64,000 bases of DNA from assembly GCA_964460065.1 (NCBI GenBank), contig CAYWPF010000120.1, positions 151 to 64,150 on the forward strand, written 5' to 3'. Shown here one piece after another: positions 1-9,232 of this stretch. This DNA comes from an uncultured Enterobacteriaceae bacterium. Its GTDB lineage: Bacteria; Desulfobacterota; Binatia; Bin18. Under the pieces are notes generated by a model that worked only from the letters and a program-made list of their open reading frames with translations, had not been told where the DNA came from and did not search any database. The position numbers were made by a program, and so were the translations under genes. The first letter of the stretch is position 1. Every line of letters starts with the position of its first letter.

Positions 1-2
1 GT

Positions 3-872
3 GTGAAGCTTGTTTTCCGGGAAGGGACGAAGGTAGGGATAATGTTGGACGTACTAAGTCCTATGGCCGTGAATAACTTTCGACACCAGGGCTACCATTC
101 ACCAATTCGTCTGGTGTCCAAAGAAGACGCCATAGCCATGCGCAAGGCATTGGAGGCCTACGAGGGGCGGAACGGACCTCTGCACGGAGCTTCGAGATTT
201 AAAAGCCATTTGTTGTTCAAGTGGCTCTCGAATTTGATCCGTACGGAGCGAATCTTGGACGCCGTGGAGGCGCTGATCGGACCAAATATACTTGCCTGGT
301 CCACGGATTGGTGGATCAAAGAAGCTGGATCCCAACAGTTTGTGTCGTGGCACCAGGACAGTCAGTATTGGGGCCTCGATACGACCAAATTAGTTACGGT
401 GTGGGTAGCGCTGTCGCCATCAACAATTGAGAGCGGATGCATGCGCGTTCTCCCGGGCAGCCATCTAGGTCCTGATCTCGAGCACGTTGAAACGTTCCAC
501 GAAGATAATATGCTGACGCGCGGACAACAGATCTCCAATATTCAAGAGGAGAAAAGCGTTAACCTCGAAGTAGACACTGGAGAGGCAGCCATTTTTGCCT
601 ACCGTATAGCGCATGCCTCAAGACCGAACCGGAGCGCCGATAGGCGGATCGCGGTGGCGATACGATATATCCCTCCGGATGCGCGGCAGATCAGGTCTGA
701 TAATGACAGCGCGGCCTTAGTGCGCGGCCATGACACGCATGGATTTTTCAATTTAGAGCCAGAACCTGCATTCGATTTCGATCCGGAAACGGTCGCATTC
801 CATAAGGGGGATGCGGAAGAGCGTCGAAAGATCATCTATCATGGTACTGGCCTGACTACACATAGGACCTGA
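3..872 (+). CDS. phytanoyl-CoA dioxygenase (PhyH) family Fe(II)/2-oxoglutarate oxygenase, 5'-truncated at window edge
   Basis: ORF open from window start; WHQDSQYW and His/Asp metal-binding region typical of PhyH family. Confidence 0.7.
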   Translation: MKLVFREGTKVGIMLDVLSPMAVNNFRHQGYHSPIRLVSKEDAIAMRKALEAYEGRNGPLHGASRFKSHLLFKWLSNLIRTERILDAVEALIGPNILAWSTDWWIKEAGSQQFVSWHQDSQYWGLDTTKLVTVWVALSPSTIESGCMRVLPGSHLGPDLEHVETFHEDNMLTRGQQISNIQEEKSVNLEVDTGEAAIFAYRIAHASRPNRSADRRIAVAIRYIPPDARQIRSDNDSAALVRGHDTHGFFNLEPEPAFDFDPETVAFHKGDAEERRKIIYHGTGLTTHRT

Positions 873-975
873 AAGGAAAAAACGGACCCGTTCGGCCGGT
901 CGAGCAAGTGCCGGCATTACAATTTTTAAGCCTCAATGCTTTCTGTAGCGTAAAAATGGTAGGAAACACGGTGAC

Positions 976-1266
976 TTAAGCGCCCCAGAAGTCGAAAAAT
1001 CTCCACGTCGGGTCTTCCCAGAAATCTGAGAGCAAATTAACGTCGCCCCGGTCGGTCCTCCAAGCGAGGTACTTGTCGTAGTCGTCTTTCGACTCCCACA
1101 TTTCCACGATGATGATTTTTGTTGGGTCTTCTTTGTCCCGAACCATGTGTAATGTCAGGCAACCCGGAAAGTCTCGTGTATCTGGTAAGAATTGCTTGAT
1201 AGTTTGTTTGAGCTTTTCCTCGCAGCCGTCCTTTATACGAAACTCGACCAGTACTTGGCACGCCAT
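976..1266 (-). CDS. antibiotic biosynthesis monooxygenase (ABM) / Dabb-type small protein
   Basis: about 97 aa, MACQVLVEFRIKDG... ferredoxin-like ABM pattern; ATG at 1266 preceded by GGAAAGGAAG ribosome-binding site (the track's longer ORF starts on TTG). Confidence 0.6.
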   Translation of the reverse strand: MACQVLVEFRIKDGCEEKLKQTIKQFLPDTRDFPGCLTLHMVRDKEDPTKIIIVEMWESKDDYDKYLAWRTDRGDVNLLSDFWEDPTWRFFDFWGA

Positions 1267-1545
1267 TATAATCTTCCTTTCCCTAAGCAACTTTGTTTCA
1301 GAAACCTCGAATGGTGTGATTCAACGCGGGTATAGTAGCAGTTGTTGGAGGTTGCGTCAGCTGTGTAGTTTAGATCAGTCGGTAGTTGGACCGTGAAGGC
1401 AGGTCAATCTGCAAATCAGGTAACGGGCAGGCGTGTGGTCTTGCACTTTGCCCTCGGGGTACGTACGCTGAATTCCGGATGAGGAAACTGAAGATAGATC
1501 GCCGAAGTGCATACGACTGGCTTTGGCCGGTGTTTTTTTCGATAG

Positions 1546-1619
1546 GCGTCCGTAGCTCAATTGGATAGAGCAACGGGCTTCGAACCCGTAGGGTGGGTGT
1601 TCGAGTCACCCCGGACGCG
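1546..1619 (+). tRNA. tRNA-Arg (anticodon TCG)
   Basis: Hand-folded cloverleaf: acceptor GCGTCCG/CGGACGC, D-arm GCTC/GAGC, anticodon stem ACGGG/CCCGT with loop CTTCGAA, T-arm GGGTG-TTCGAGT-CACCC; 74 nt. Confidence 0.85.
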
Positions 1620-1624
1620 TTGTA

Positions 1625-2614
1625 TTGGAAGCTACCAAGCTTCCCAAGACAAAAAACGATTTGGTGAAACTTTCAAGACTAGTGTGTAGTGTCGGTCTAA
1701 GTATCGGGTGCGGCTATTTAGCATTTCAAGGTGTTGAGTCTTTCCCACCTTGGTCGTCGTTGCTCCGGATCGATATGGGCCTTGCTCTCTTGGCGACTGC
1801 CTGGCTCGGTCTGATCTTCGTTGTCCGCGCGTACCGCTGGCGTGCGCTACTACTTCCGGCGGTGCCTGTCGATTTGTCTTCCTGTTTCTCTGCCACGGTC
1901 ATAGGATTTATGGGGAATAATATTCTGCCGCTACGTGGAGGCGAAATTTTGCGAATATACGCGTTGTCGAGGTTAGGGGCTGTACCTCCAAGCACTGCAA
2001 TTGCGACCGGTATTTTTGATCGGTTGTTCGATGTGTTGGCTGTGACTATGCTGATTTTGATTTGTGTGCCGCTTGCGCCGGTGCTGAAAGAATATCGGAT
2101 CGTCGCTGTTGTGGGGCTGAGTGTTGTCGTTGGAGTGTTCGGGGCAAGCCTGGGTCTAACCTATGCGAGCCGAATAGGCCGGTGGCTGTGGTTACCTCAT
2201 CGGATACGTTTGGCGGTAGACCGCATCTCGAAAGACTTACAAGTCTTTCGAGATGTACGTCTTCTTTTGAAAACGATCGTTTCCACCCTGGTTATCTGGT
2301 TGGGCATGGTCGTCTATTTCTGGATTTTGTTGTGGTCGTACGGTCTCATGTTGCCTGTCGAAGTATCGCTGTTGCTGGTGGTATTTCTTGCAGTCGGAGT
2401 TGCATTGCCATCCGCGCCGGGTTTCGTCGGTGTGTATCACTATGCGGTTGTATTAGCGCTTTCGCTCTTTGCCGTCGAAAAGGGCGATGCCGTTGCATTC
2501 TCGGTCGTTTCCCACTTGCTCCAGTATATCCCCGTTACCGCTGTTGGGCTGGGTTTGCTAATTGGATCGGGTATTTCGTTATGGCCTCAACGACCGCAAG
2601 AAAACGGGTACTAG
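1625..2614 (+). CDS. UPF0104 / lysyl-PG-synthase-TM-like flippase-like polytopic membrane protein
   Basis: multi-TM protein with NILPLRGGEILRIYALSR motif characteristic of flippase-like domain; TTG start 5 nt after tRNA is uncertain; overlaps next gene. Confidence 0.55.
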   Translation: MEATKLPKTKNDLVKLSRLVCSVGLSIGCGYLAFQGVESFPPWSSLLRIDMGLALLATAWLGLIFVVRAYRWRALLLPAVPVDLSSCFSATVIGFMGNNILPLRGGEILRIYALSRLGAVPPSTAIATGIFDRLFDVLAVTMLILICVPLAPVLKEYRIVAVVGLSVVVGVFGASLGLTYASRIGRWLWLPHRIRLAVDRISKDLQVFRDVRLLLKTIVSTLVIWLGMVVYFWILLWSYGLMLPVEVSLLLVVFLAVGVALPSAPGFVGVYHYAVVLALSLFAVEKGDAVAFSVVSHLLQYIPVTAVGLGLLIGSGISLWPQRPQENGY

Positions 2615-4068
2615 GTCTTCGTGGGCACGCTGCAGCGGGTGGCAATTCCATGAAAAATAGGGTGGGTGCGAACGCCGCGAGAAATTTGAGTGCAACGATC
2701 GCGCTGGGCACTATTGCGGCGGGTGTCTATTACGTAATTGCCTATTTAAGTGTGGACTTTACATACGGAATTGAGCATGAGAAAAGACCAATTTTGTGTT
2801 TCATCCTGCTATATACGGCGGCCTTTTTACCTTACATGGTGGCCATCAAGGTGCTGCGACGTTCCGGGGAGGTACGACATGGGGCGGCTATAGTTCTTTT
2901 GTTCGCAATATTATTCCGTGCGATACTGTTAACTTCCGCTCCAATCCAGGAAGATGATTTCTACCGTTATTTGTGGGATGGGGCTGTCGTGGCAAATGGG
3001 TTGAACCCTTACAAGTACGCCCCTGCGGATTTGAAAGACAACGGCGACCGGGATTCGTCCCGGCTACTCTATGTCGTGTTGCGACGTAGTAATGATCAGT
3101 TGGAGTCGGCGTGGAGCCGGGTGAACCACGCAACGGTCCCGAGTATTTATCCGCCCGTCGCACAGGTGGTGTTTGCTGCCGCATCCCTTATTGAGCCCGG
3201 AAGCTTGTTGGCGCTGCGCCTATTGTTGTTGGCGTTTGACCTGGCCGTCTGTTTGGGTGTGATGTTAATTCTGACGCATCTAAGATTTCCCCCTAGCCTT
3301 TGTGTGGTTTATGCCTGGTCTCCTCTGGTCGTTAAAGAGACAGTAAATTCCGCTCATTTCGACGTAGTCCCGACTTTTTTTGTCGTGTGTGCCTTGTTCG
3401 CAACGTTCAAGGCGCGGACCGTGTTAGGGTTTGTCTGTTTGGGGATTGCGATTTGCGCAAAATTGTTTCCTATCGTGTTCGTGCCGTTCTTCGTTTGTCG
3501 GGCGATACGGCAAAATGGCGTCACGGCCGCGTTGCGGGCGGCTGGCCTGATGTGTCTGGTCATTGGCGCCATCTACATGCCGTTTGTGGATGCGGGAAAT
3601 GGTCTGTGGCGCGGTTCAATGACCTTTGCGGAAAAATGGGAAACGAATAGTCTTTTGTTCTCGGTTGTAAGGCTATTTTTTGCCGAGCGATGGTCTGCAA
3701 ATGCGGCAATAGCCATAATTGCAGTAGGGGTGATCTTGGCGCTAGTCCTAAGAATCAAAGACTGGAGCGATCAAAACCTCGCTTGGGCGTGTTTTGTTAC
3801 CCTGGGAGGAGTGTTGTTAATTAGCCCCGTTGCGAACCCGTGGTACTTTGTGTGGATTATGCCGTTTTTGTGTCTATTCCGGAGCGAGGCCTGGGTCTCG
3901 TTAACCGCATTATTGGGCATGTATTACTTGAATTTCTATTTCATGTATTCTGGGCTTTCGGCTTACGTCGACTATGTGAAATGGTTTGTGTTCCTTCCAT
4001 TCTTCTTGTTTTTAGCGCGAGAAGTGTGGCAAGTCAGAAAAGGGGAAACGCTCATTGGACACGGATAA
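2581..4068 (+). CDS. GT-C fold polytopic membrane glycosyltransferase (ArnT/PMT/DUF2029-like)
   Basis: about 12 TM helices; acidic first-loop motif EDDFYRYLWDG; start taken at ATG 2581 (or 2650); the 2062-2580 in-frame extension overlaps the upstream gene and is discounted. Confidence 0.6.
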   Translation: MASTTARKRVLGLRGHAAAGGNSMKNRVGANAARNLSATIALGTIAAGVYYVIAYLSVDFTYGIEHEKRPILCFILLYTAAFLPYMVAIKVLRRSGEVRHGAAIVLLFAILFRAILLTSAPIQEDDFYRYLWDGAVVANGLNPYKYAPADLKDNGDRDSSRLLYVVLRRSNDQLESAWSRVNHATVPSIYPPVAQVVFAAASLIEPGSLLALRLLLLAFDLAVCLGVMLILTHLRFPPSLCVVYAWSPLVVKETVNSAHFDVVPTFFVVCALFATFKARTVLGFVCLGIAICAKLFPIVFVPFFVCRAIRQNGVTAALRAAGLMCLVIGAIYMPFVDAGNGLWRGSMTFAEKWETNSLLFSVVRLFFAERWSANAAIAIIAVGVILALVLRIKDWSDQNLAWACFVTLGGVLLISPVANPWYFVWIMPFLCLFRSEAWVSLTALLGMYYLNFYFMYSGLSAYVDYVKWFVFLPFFLFLAREVWQVRKGETLIGHG

Positions 4069-4816
4069 AAGGTTAATACGGTGTTTAGGCTCGTCGATAA
4101 TCGCCTGTCTTTTTGCGACATTATTAATTTGGGACCTTTCAGGAGCTCCGCAGGCACATGGCGCCGGTACGGAGGGCCGACGCGGTCTGGAATTGGTAGG
4201 CGATGGTGGTCCGGTTCGTATATCAGGTTCAATATATCCGAACCGATTTAACCTTGGCAGGCACGAGGGTGCCCGTTACCACTTAATCACATGGAATGGC
4301 GGGACCTCGGATGGAGCCCTGATCGAGACTGAAGTGGATGACCTGGATTTCCACGATGCCCTGATAGAGCTCGGTGCGTTGCCCGGAAATAACCTTTCGA
4401 TGCAGTCATGGGATCAGCGGCACGATCGCAATAGTATTTCGCCGGAGAAAAGACTGGAAGGTAGTGCTCTTTCTCTGAAGCTGGAATGGGCGGGAGGAGT
4501 GTTATTGCGTATGGAAGACGCGTTTCGAACAGTTAGAGTAACAGAGGAGGCTGCGAGAGAGCAGTCTGAGATAACTTGGACTTTTGGTGGAAATAGGGAC
4601 CGATGGTTCAACAATATACCCTTCTCCCCGCGTCCAGGATGCCTCGTGTGTCTGTACAGTTGTCCTAGTGGTAAAGTGGGAAATGGAGCGCTAAGTGTTG
4701 CAGAGTACGAACGGTTTCCTACCCGATTTGAGGTCGATATAGCAAAATTACCGGCAGACGGTACTGAGGTAACGGTCGTGTTTGAGGTCGTGCGTCAGAG
4801 GCCTGGGAATGAGTGA
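4055..4816 (+). CDS. secreted/periplasmic hypothetical protein
   Basis: N-terminal signal-like hydrophobic segment; start overlaps stop of upstream gene (translational coupling); no recognisable family. Confidence 0.5.
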   Translation: MDTDKRLIRCLGSSIIACLFATLLIWDLSGAPQAHGAGTEGRRGLELVGDGGPVRISGSIYPNRFNLGRHEGARYHLITWNGGTSDGALIETEVDDLDFHDALIELGALPGNNLSMQSWDQRHDRNSISPEKRLEGSALSLKLEWAGGVLLRMEDAFRTVRVTEEAAREQSEITWTFGGNRDRWFNNIPFSPRPGCLVCLYSCPSGKVGNGALSVAEYERFPTRFEVDIAKLPADGTEVTVVFEVVRQRPGNE

Positions 4817-5516
4817 ACAGACCCCGCGTCCCGGCGCTCGAATTGCTGTGATAATTCCGGCACTCAACGAAGAAGCTTCCTTGCCCAAAGTGTTGACCTC
4901 TTTGCCGTGGGAGGCCGTGGACAAGGTGGTTGTGGTTGACAACGGATCGCGTGACAGCACCGCAGACCTGGCGCGTGCCGAGGGTGCGACCGTCCTTCAC
5001 GAGAACCGAAGAGGGTACGGGTGGGCGTGCCTCGCGGGTATAAGATTCCTTGAGGACTCTTCGCCGGATGTGGTGGTTTTTCTCGACGGGGACTTTAGTG
5101 ATTATCCGGAGGACCTCTACGACGTGGTACGCCCGATAGTACACGAGGATTATGACTTCGTGGTGGGTACCCGGACTCAACTGGCAGGGAAGGGCGCGCT
5201 ATTGTGGCATGCTCGTTTTGGAAATGCCTTAACAACGCTGTTGATACGTTGGCTTTATGGGTTTACTTACTCTGACCTCGGCCCTTTCCGGGCAATAAAA
5301 TACCATCGTCTTTTGGAATTGAATATGAGAGACAAGACTTACGGCTGGACGGTAGAAATGCAGGTGAAGGCCGTACGGAAAAGACTAAGGGTTACGGAAG
5401 TTCCAGTACGCTATAGAAAGCGTATTGGTAGATCGAAGGTGAGCGGCACGATCCGTGGTTCGCTTGGCGCCGGCTATAAGATTCTCTGGACGGTCGTAAA
5501 ATGTCTAAGGAATTAA
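4809..5516 (+). CDS. family 2 glycosyltransferase, polyprenyl-phosphate glycosyltransferase (DPM1/GtrB/ArnC-like)
   Basis: IAVIIPALNEE...VVVDNGSRDST...DGDFSDYPED motifs of the GT-A DxD fold; ATGAGTGA stop/start overlap with upstream gene. Confidence 0.8.
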   Translation: MSEQTPRPGARIAVIIPALNEEASLPKVLTSLPWEAVDKVVVVDNGSRDSTADLARAEGATVLHENRRGYGWACLAGIRFLEDSSPDVVVFLDGDFSDYPEDLYDVVRPIVHEDYDFVVGTRTQLAGKGALLWHARFGNALTTLLIRWLYGFTYSDLGPFRAIKYHRLLELNMRDKTYGWTVEMQVKAVRKRLRVTEVPVRYRKRIGRSKVSGTIRGSLGAGYKILWTVVKCLRN

Positions 5517-5836
5517 GTTTGGCAACGCACGAGTTAAAGTGGAATTTGGCGTTTGACTACGCTGACGTTAGATTCAGGCTGGTTCGCCTGTTTGATCAAT
5601 ACGGCTATGGGTATACGCAAACGGAAAGCCGTGAATCTGCGGATTTCGTCGTGGAATCACTAGGAGGTATTATTTTAATCGGGGTGCGCGCACAATTGCC
5701 GACGAGCAGTGCATTTAGCTCAAAGATACTGATACCGCGAACCATCATGCAAGTCTTTTTTTCTGGTGATGACGAAACGGTGAGGGCTACGTTCAAGAAG
5801 CAATTAACCATGGCTTTTCTCCGCGTGGGTGGGTGA
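5501..5836 (+). CDS. hypothetical cytoplasmic protein (111 aa)
   Basis: ORF overlapping both neighbours in a coupled operon; no family recognised. Confidence 0.45.
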   Translation: MSKELSLATHELKWNLAFDYADVRFRLVRLFDQYGYGYTQTESRESADFVVESLGGIILIGVRAQLPTSSAFSSKILIPRTIMQVFFSGDDETVRATFKKQLTMAFLRVGG

Positions 5837-6512
5837 AATGATCACGATAATTGTACCGACGCTCAACGAAGCGCCGAGAATAAAAGAGACGCTTCGTGCT
5901 ATTCGCCGATCGGGAGACTGTGAGTTAATTGTTGTGGATGGGGCTAGTACAGACGGGACGGTCCAACGAGCAAGCGAGATTGCGGACAAGGTAATCCTAT
6001 GCAAGCCGGGGCGGGCGAAACAAATGAATTGCGGCGCGGCGTTGGCGAGAGGTAAGGTCCTATTATTCCTGCATGCGGATACGCTACTACCCTTCAACTT
6101 TGCCTCACTAATAGAGCAACAAATGAAGGATCCGGAGGTAATAGGCGGTTGGTTCGATGTGTCTTTTGACGTATGTGGGTGGCAATTGTCTCTAATAAGC
6201 CGCTGTATGAATATGCGTTCGAGAATGACAGGTATCGCCACAGGCGACCAGGCCATTTTCGTAAGGAGCGAGGCATTCGAAGCAGTCGGTCGCTATCCTG
6301 ACTGGGACCTTATGGAAGATGTTGAGCTGAGTCGTCGTCTGAAGCGATACGGAACAATGGTTTCTCTCCGTGAGCGAGTGACAACGTCGGCGAGACGTTG
6401 GCAGCACGACGGGGTTTGGAAAACGGTATTTCGAATGTGGATCTTGCGCGGCAGCAGTTTTCTGGGGATTTCGTCCTCCGTGCTCCGCCCATTCTACAAG
6501 GACACGCGCTGA
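5829..6512 (+). CDS. family 2 glycosyltransferase (small GT-A; GRAKQMN / GDQAIF / MEDVEL motifs)
   Basis: IIVPTLNEA...IVVDGASTDGT...LFLHADT motifs; start GTG 5829 or ATG 5838. Confidence 0.75.
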   Translation: MGEMITIIVPTLNEAPRIKETLRAIRRSGDCELIVVDGASTDGTVQRASEIADKVILCKPGRAKQMNCGAALARGKVLLFLHADTLLPFNFASLIEQQMKDPEVIGGWFDVSFDVCGWQLSLISRCMNMRSRMTGIATGDQAIFVRSEAFEAVGRYPDWDLMEDVELSRRLKRYGTMVSLRERVTTSARRWQHDGVWKTVFRMWILRGSSFLGISSSVLRPFYKDTR

Positions 6513-6583
6513 CGAGTATGTTTTATTGTGGGGCGAAAGACTGAGGTTATCGCTCTAAAACTAAATTGGTAGACGCGGTTGGG

Positions 6584-6604
6584 CAAAGTCGCTTAACGAC
6601 TTTG
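6584..6604. terminator. hairpin CAAAGTCG-cttaa-CGACTTTG between convergent operons
   Basis: perfect 8-bp stem flanked by G runs; lies between GT2 gene end (+) and fbaB end (-); no clear T-tract. Confidence 0.35.
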
Positions 6605-6656
6605 GGGAGCGCCACTATATGTTGGCGGGGTCTACTAAGTCAGCTGTCGTGATGAA

Positions 6657-7601
6657 TTAGAGCACTGAGCCGTCGTAAATTTGCATAACGGTATTTAGGA
6701 AATCGTGCGCGTGCGGTTTCGTCCGCTGGAAAGCATTTCTGCCGATTATGGACCCGAAACCTCCCCCGTCACGGATCGCGCGGACCTCTTGGAAAAATTC
6801 GTCGTCCCCCTTTGCCGAGCCGCCCGAGAAAATGACTATGCGTTTGTTGTTGAACGCGCTCTGTAGGAGATGACGTACCCTTTCGGCCTGGGTTCCAATT
6901 GGAATGTTTTGTTTTTCATATACTTTCCGGGCTTCTGGCAGTTCAATATGCTCGCTTGGCAGTTTGACTTTGATTACGTGGGCGCCCAACTGTGCAGCTA
7001 TTTGTGCCGCGTAAGATACTACGTCAATTGCCGTTTCTCCGGCTTTGCTTAGGCTTGAACCTCTGGGGTATGACCAAACTACCACGGCCAACCCTTTTGC
7101 CTTTGCTTCGAGCGCAATTTCACGGAGTTGTTGGTACATGGTCTGGGCCATCGTCGATCCCGGGTAGATGGTGAAACCGACGGCGACACATCCCAACCGG
7201 AGGGCATCGTCGACAGAACTAGTTACTGAAGACAATGGATCCGCTTCGTCATTGAGAACATCATGATTATTGAGTTTGAGAATGAGGGGGACACGATCGA
7301 GAAACCGATCGACGGCCGCTTCCATGAAGCCAATCGGCGCGGCGTACGCATTGCATCCTGCATCCATCGCAAGTTGAAAATGGTAGTCCGGATCGTATGC
7401 GTCCGGGTTCGCCGCGAAACTTCGGGCGGGCCCATGTTCAAAACCCTGATCTACAGGGAGAATGACCAATTTTCCGGTCCCCCCCAAACGCCCGTGGTTG
7501 AGTAGTCGCGCTATATTCGTACGTGTGCCGGGGTTGTCCGAAGAATACCAGTTCAAAATCTGACTTACGCGCTTCGTTAATTTTTTTACCCTCGCTGCCA
7601 T
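6657..7601 (-). CDS. fbaB: class I fructose-bisphosphate aldolase (DhnA/archaeal type)
   Basis: GTGKLVILPVDQGFEHGP closely matches the E. coli FbaB active-site region GTGYLSILPVDQGVEH. Confidence 0.85.
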   Translation of the reverse strand: MAARVKKLTKRVSQILNWYSSDNPGTRTNIARLLNHGRLGGTGKLVILPVDQGFEHGPARSFAANPDAYDPDYHFQLAMDAGCNAYAAPIGFMEAAVDRFLDRVPLILKLNNHDVLNDEADPLSSVTSSVDDALRLGCVAVGFTIYPGSTMAQTMYQQLREIALEAKAKGLAVVVWSYPRGSSLSKAGETAIDVVSYAAQIAAQLGAHVIKVKLPSEHIELPEARKVYEKQNIPIGTQAERVRHLLQSAFNNKRIVIFSGGSAKGDDEFFQEVRAIRDGGGFGSIIGRNAFQRTKPHAHDFLNTVMQIYDGSVL

Positions 7602-7673
7602 GTGTACTCTCCTAGCCTTTTTGCTAGGGTGAATTTAGACAGATATGGAGGCAATGGGCAAGGGCACAGGGCC

Positions 7674-8687
7674 TCACTTCTGCGACGGGACTTTAGTATA
7701 GTACGATTCGGCCTTACGAACATCTTCGGGACTGCCAATGAGCAGTGGAGTTCTCTCATGGAGATGGTTCGGCACGAGGTCACGTATAGGAACGACTCCG
7801 TTGCTCGCGTGTCCGCCGGCTTGCTCTATTACCATGGCCATTGGTGCCGCTTCGTACATCAGTCTCAATTTTCCGTTCTTATTTTTGGGATCGGCCGGAT
7901 AAAGAAAAATTCCACCTTTGAGAAGTGTTCTGTGAAAGTCGGCGACAAGTGAGCCAACGTACCGGCCCGAATAGGGTCTATGTGTGACTGAATCGTTTTC
8001 CTGTAGATAGGCTATATAACTAACTGTTTCAGGGAACCAGTTGTTTCGACGCCCTTCGTTTATGCTGTAAGTTTTTCCTAGGGTCGGAATGCGTATATTC
8101 TCCTGTGACAGAAAGAATTCACCAATAGCACGGTCAAGGGTGAAACAGTGGACACCGTCCCCTAGAGTATAAACGAGCGTCGTACTGGGCCCGTAGAGGG
8201 AATAGCCGGCGGCAATTTGTCGTTTCCCTTGTAACCGTAAAGCGTCCTTTAGCCCTGGCTTCGGAACATCTGGACGAAGATGGATTGAGAATATAGACCC
8301 TATGGTTACGTTGACGTCGATATTGGAAGACCCATCTAGTGGATCTACGAAAACGACATATTTCCCTGTCTCCGAATTGCCGGAAATCTCCGCAGGTTCA
8401 TCCATTTCTTCCGAGACCATGTCTGTGACTAATTTGCCGTGGGCGAATGATTCAAGGAATACCGTATTTGAAATATCGTCTAATTTTTGAACGATCTCAC
8501 CCTGTATGTTGGTTTGGTTTGTTGCACCTAATGATCCGGTAAGGCCTGCTATGGTAAGTTGTTGCGAAATAATTTTAGTGGCTGTCGCGATTTGACATAA
8601 CACTTGCGAAAGCTCGTGGCGGGCATCTGCCGTTTTGTCCGCTTGGCCGATAATGTACTGAGCTAGGGTGACTTGTCTTTGTGGCAT
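7674..8687 (-). CDS. fbp: fructose-1,6-bisphosphatase class 1
   Basis: FVDPLDGSSNIDVNVTIGSIFSI and GYSLYGPST motifs; ATG at 8687 with GGAGGAA ribosome-binding site (the longer track ORF is discounted). Confidence 0.85.
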   Translation of the reverse strand: MPQRQVTLAQYIIGQADKTADARHELSQVLCQIATATKIISQQLTIAGLTGSLGATNQTNIQGEIVQKLDDISNTVFLESFAHGKLVTDMVSEEMDEPAEISGNSETGKYVVFVDPLDGSSNIDVNVTIGSIFSIHLRPDVPKPGLKDALRLQGKRQIAAGYSLYGPSTTLVYTLGDGVHCFTLDRAIGEFFLSQENIRIPTLGKTYSINEGRRNNWFPETVSYIAYLQENDSVTHRPYSGRYVGSLVADFHRTLLKGGIFLYPADPKNKNGKLRLMYEAAPMAMVIEQAGGHASNGVVPIRDLVPNHLHERTPLLIGSPEDVRKAESYYTKVPSQK

Positions 8688-9232
8688 CTTCTGTTCCTCC
8701 TCTGCCGGTTCAGGCCCCGGAGCAGGTCGACTCTGCATAGCATACCTGCGAGTTTCGCGCCAAAGTGTCGCATCAGTTCCTCCTGTGCCGATTGCAGGTG
8801 CAAAGTCATTTCGCTAGACCTCCCGCAAGCGCGACTCCCAGCTATTCCCATTTTAACTGTTACGAGGAGAGTGGACTAAGAAATTTAGATTATAGAATCA
8901 TCGGCCTCTGGCGTAGGCGTTTCCTGTGGGACGCTGTCTGTGGGATCCGTGTCAAAAAATCCCGCGGCTGTAATGGTCAAGAGCATGCTTGCACCGACCA
9001 GAAGTGCGAGCGAAAAAAAAGCAGGTTTTATACCCACGGTGATAGTGTAATCGTTTTCATTTTTAAAAACTACTGGTTGCATAGGAGAGCCCGGAACCCC
9101 TAGACACGCGTTTGGAAGAGAAGAGGTGGCCCTGTCGAATACATGTTCTAATGCACCGTGTAGCGGGTAAATAGAAGAAGTCGGCCGTCTATTTGGCTCT
9201 TTGTTTGGTCCGTTAGCAGGAAAGTGAATCGG

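Noticed and set aside
2062-2580. N-terminal 170 codons of the 668-aa track ORF (2062-4068)
   Set aside because: This part overlaps the upstream flippase-like gene in another frame and encodes a Cys/Arg-rich sequence of no family. The real GT-C start is more plausibly ATG 2581 or 2650.
1546-6512. tRNA-Arg-associated genomic island with integrase and att repeats
   Set aside because: No integrase, recombinase or direct repeat of the tRNA 3' end was found in the window. The island idea is kept only as a weak possibility inside the glycosylation-module finding.
8765-9103. ORFs of 112 aa (+) and 65 aa (-) in the fbp/cofE intergenic gap
   Set aside because: There is no ribosome-binding site, the compositions are odd (Cys/Arg-rich, or no Shine-Dalgarno for the minus ORF), and the region is more likely promoter and terminator space for fbp and the cof operon.
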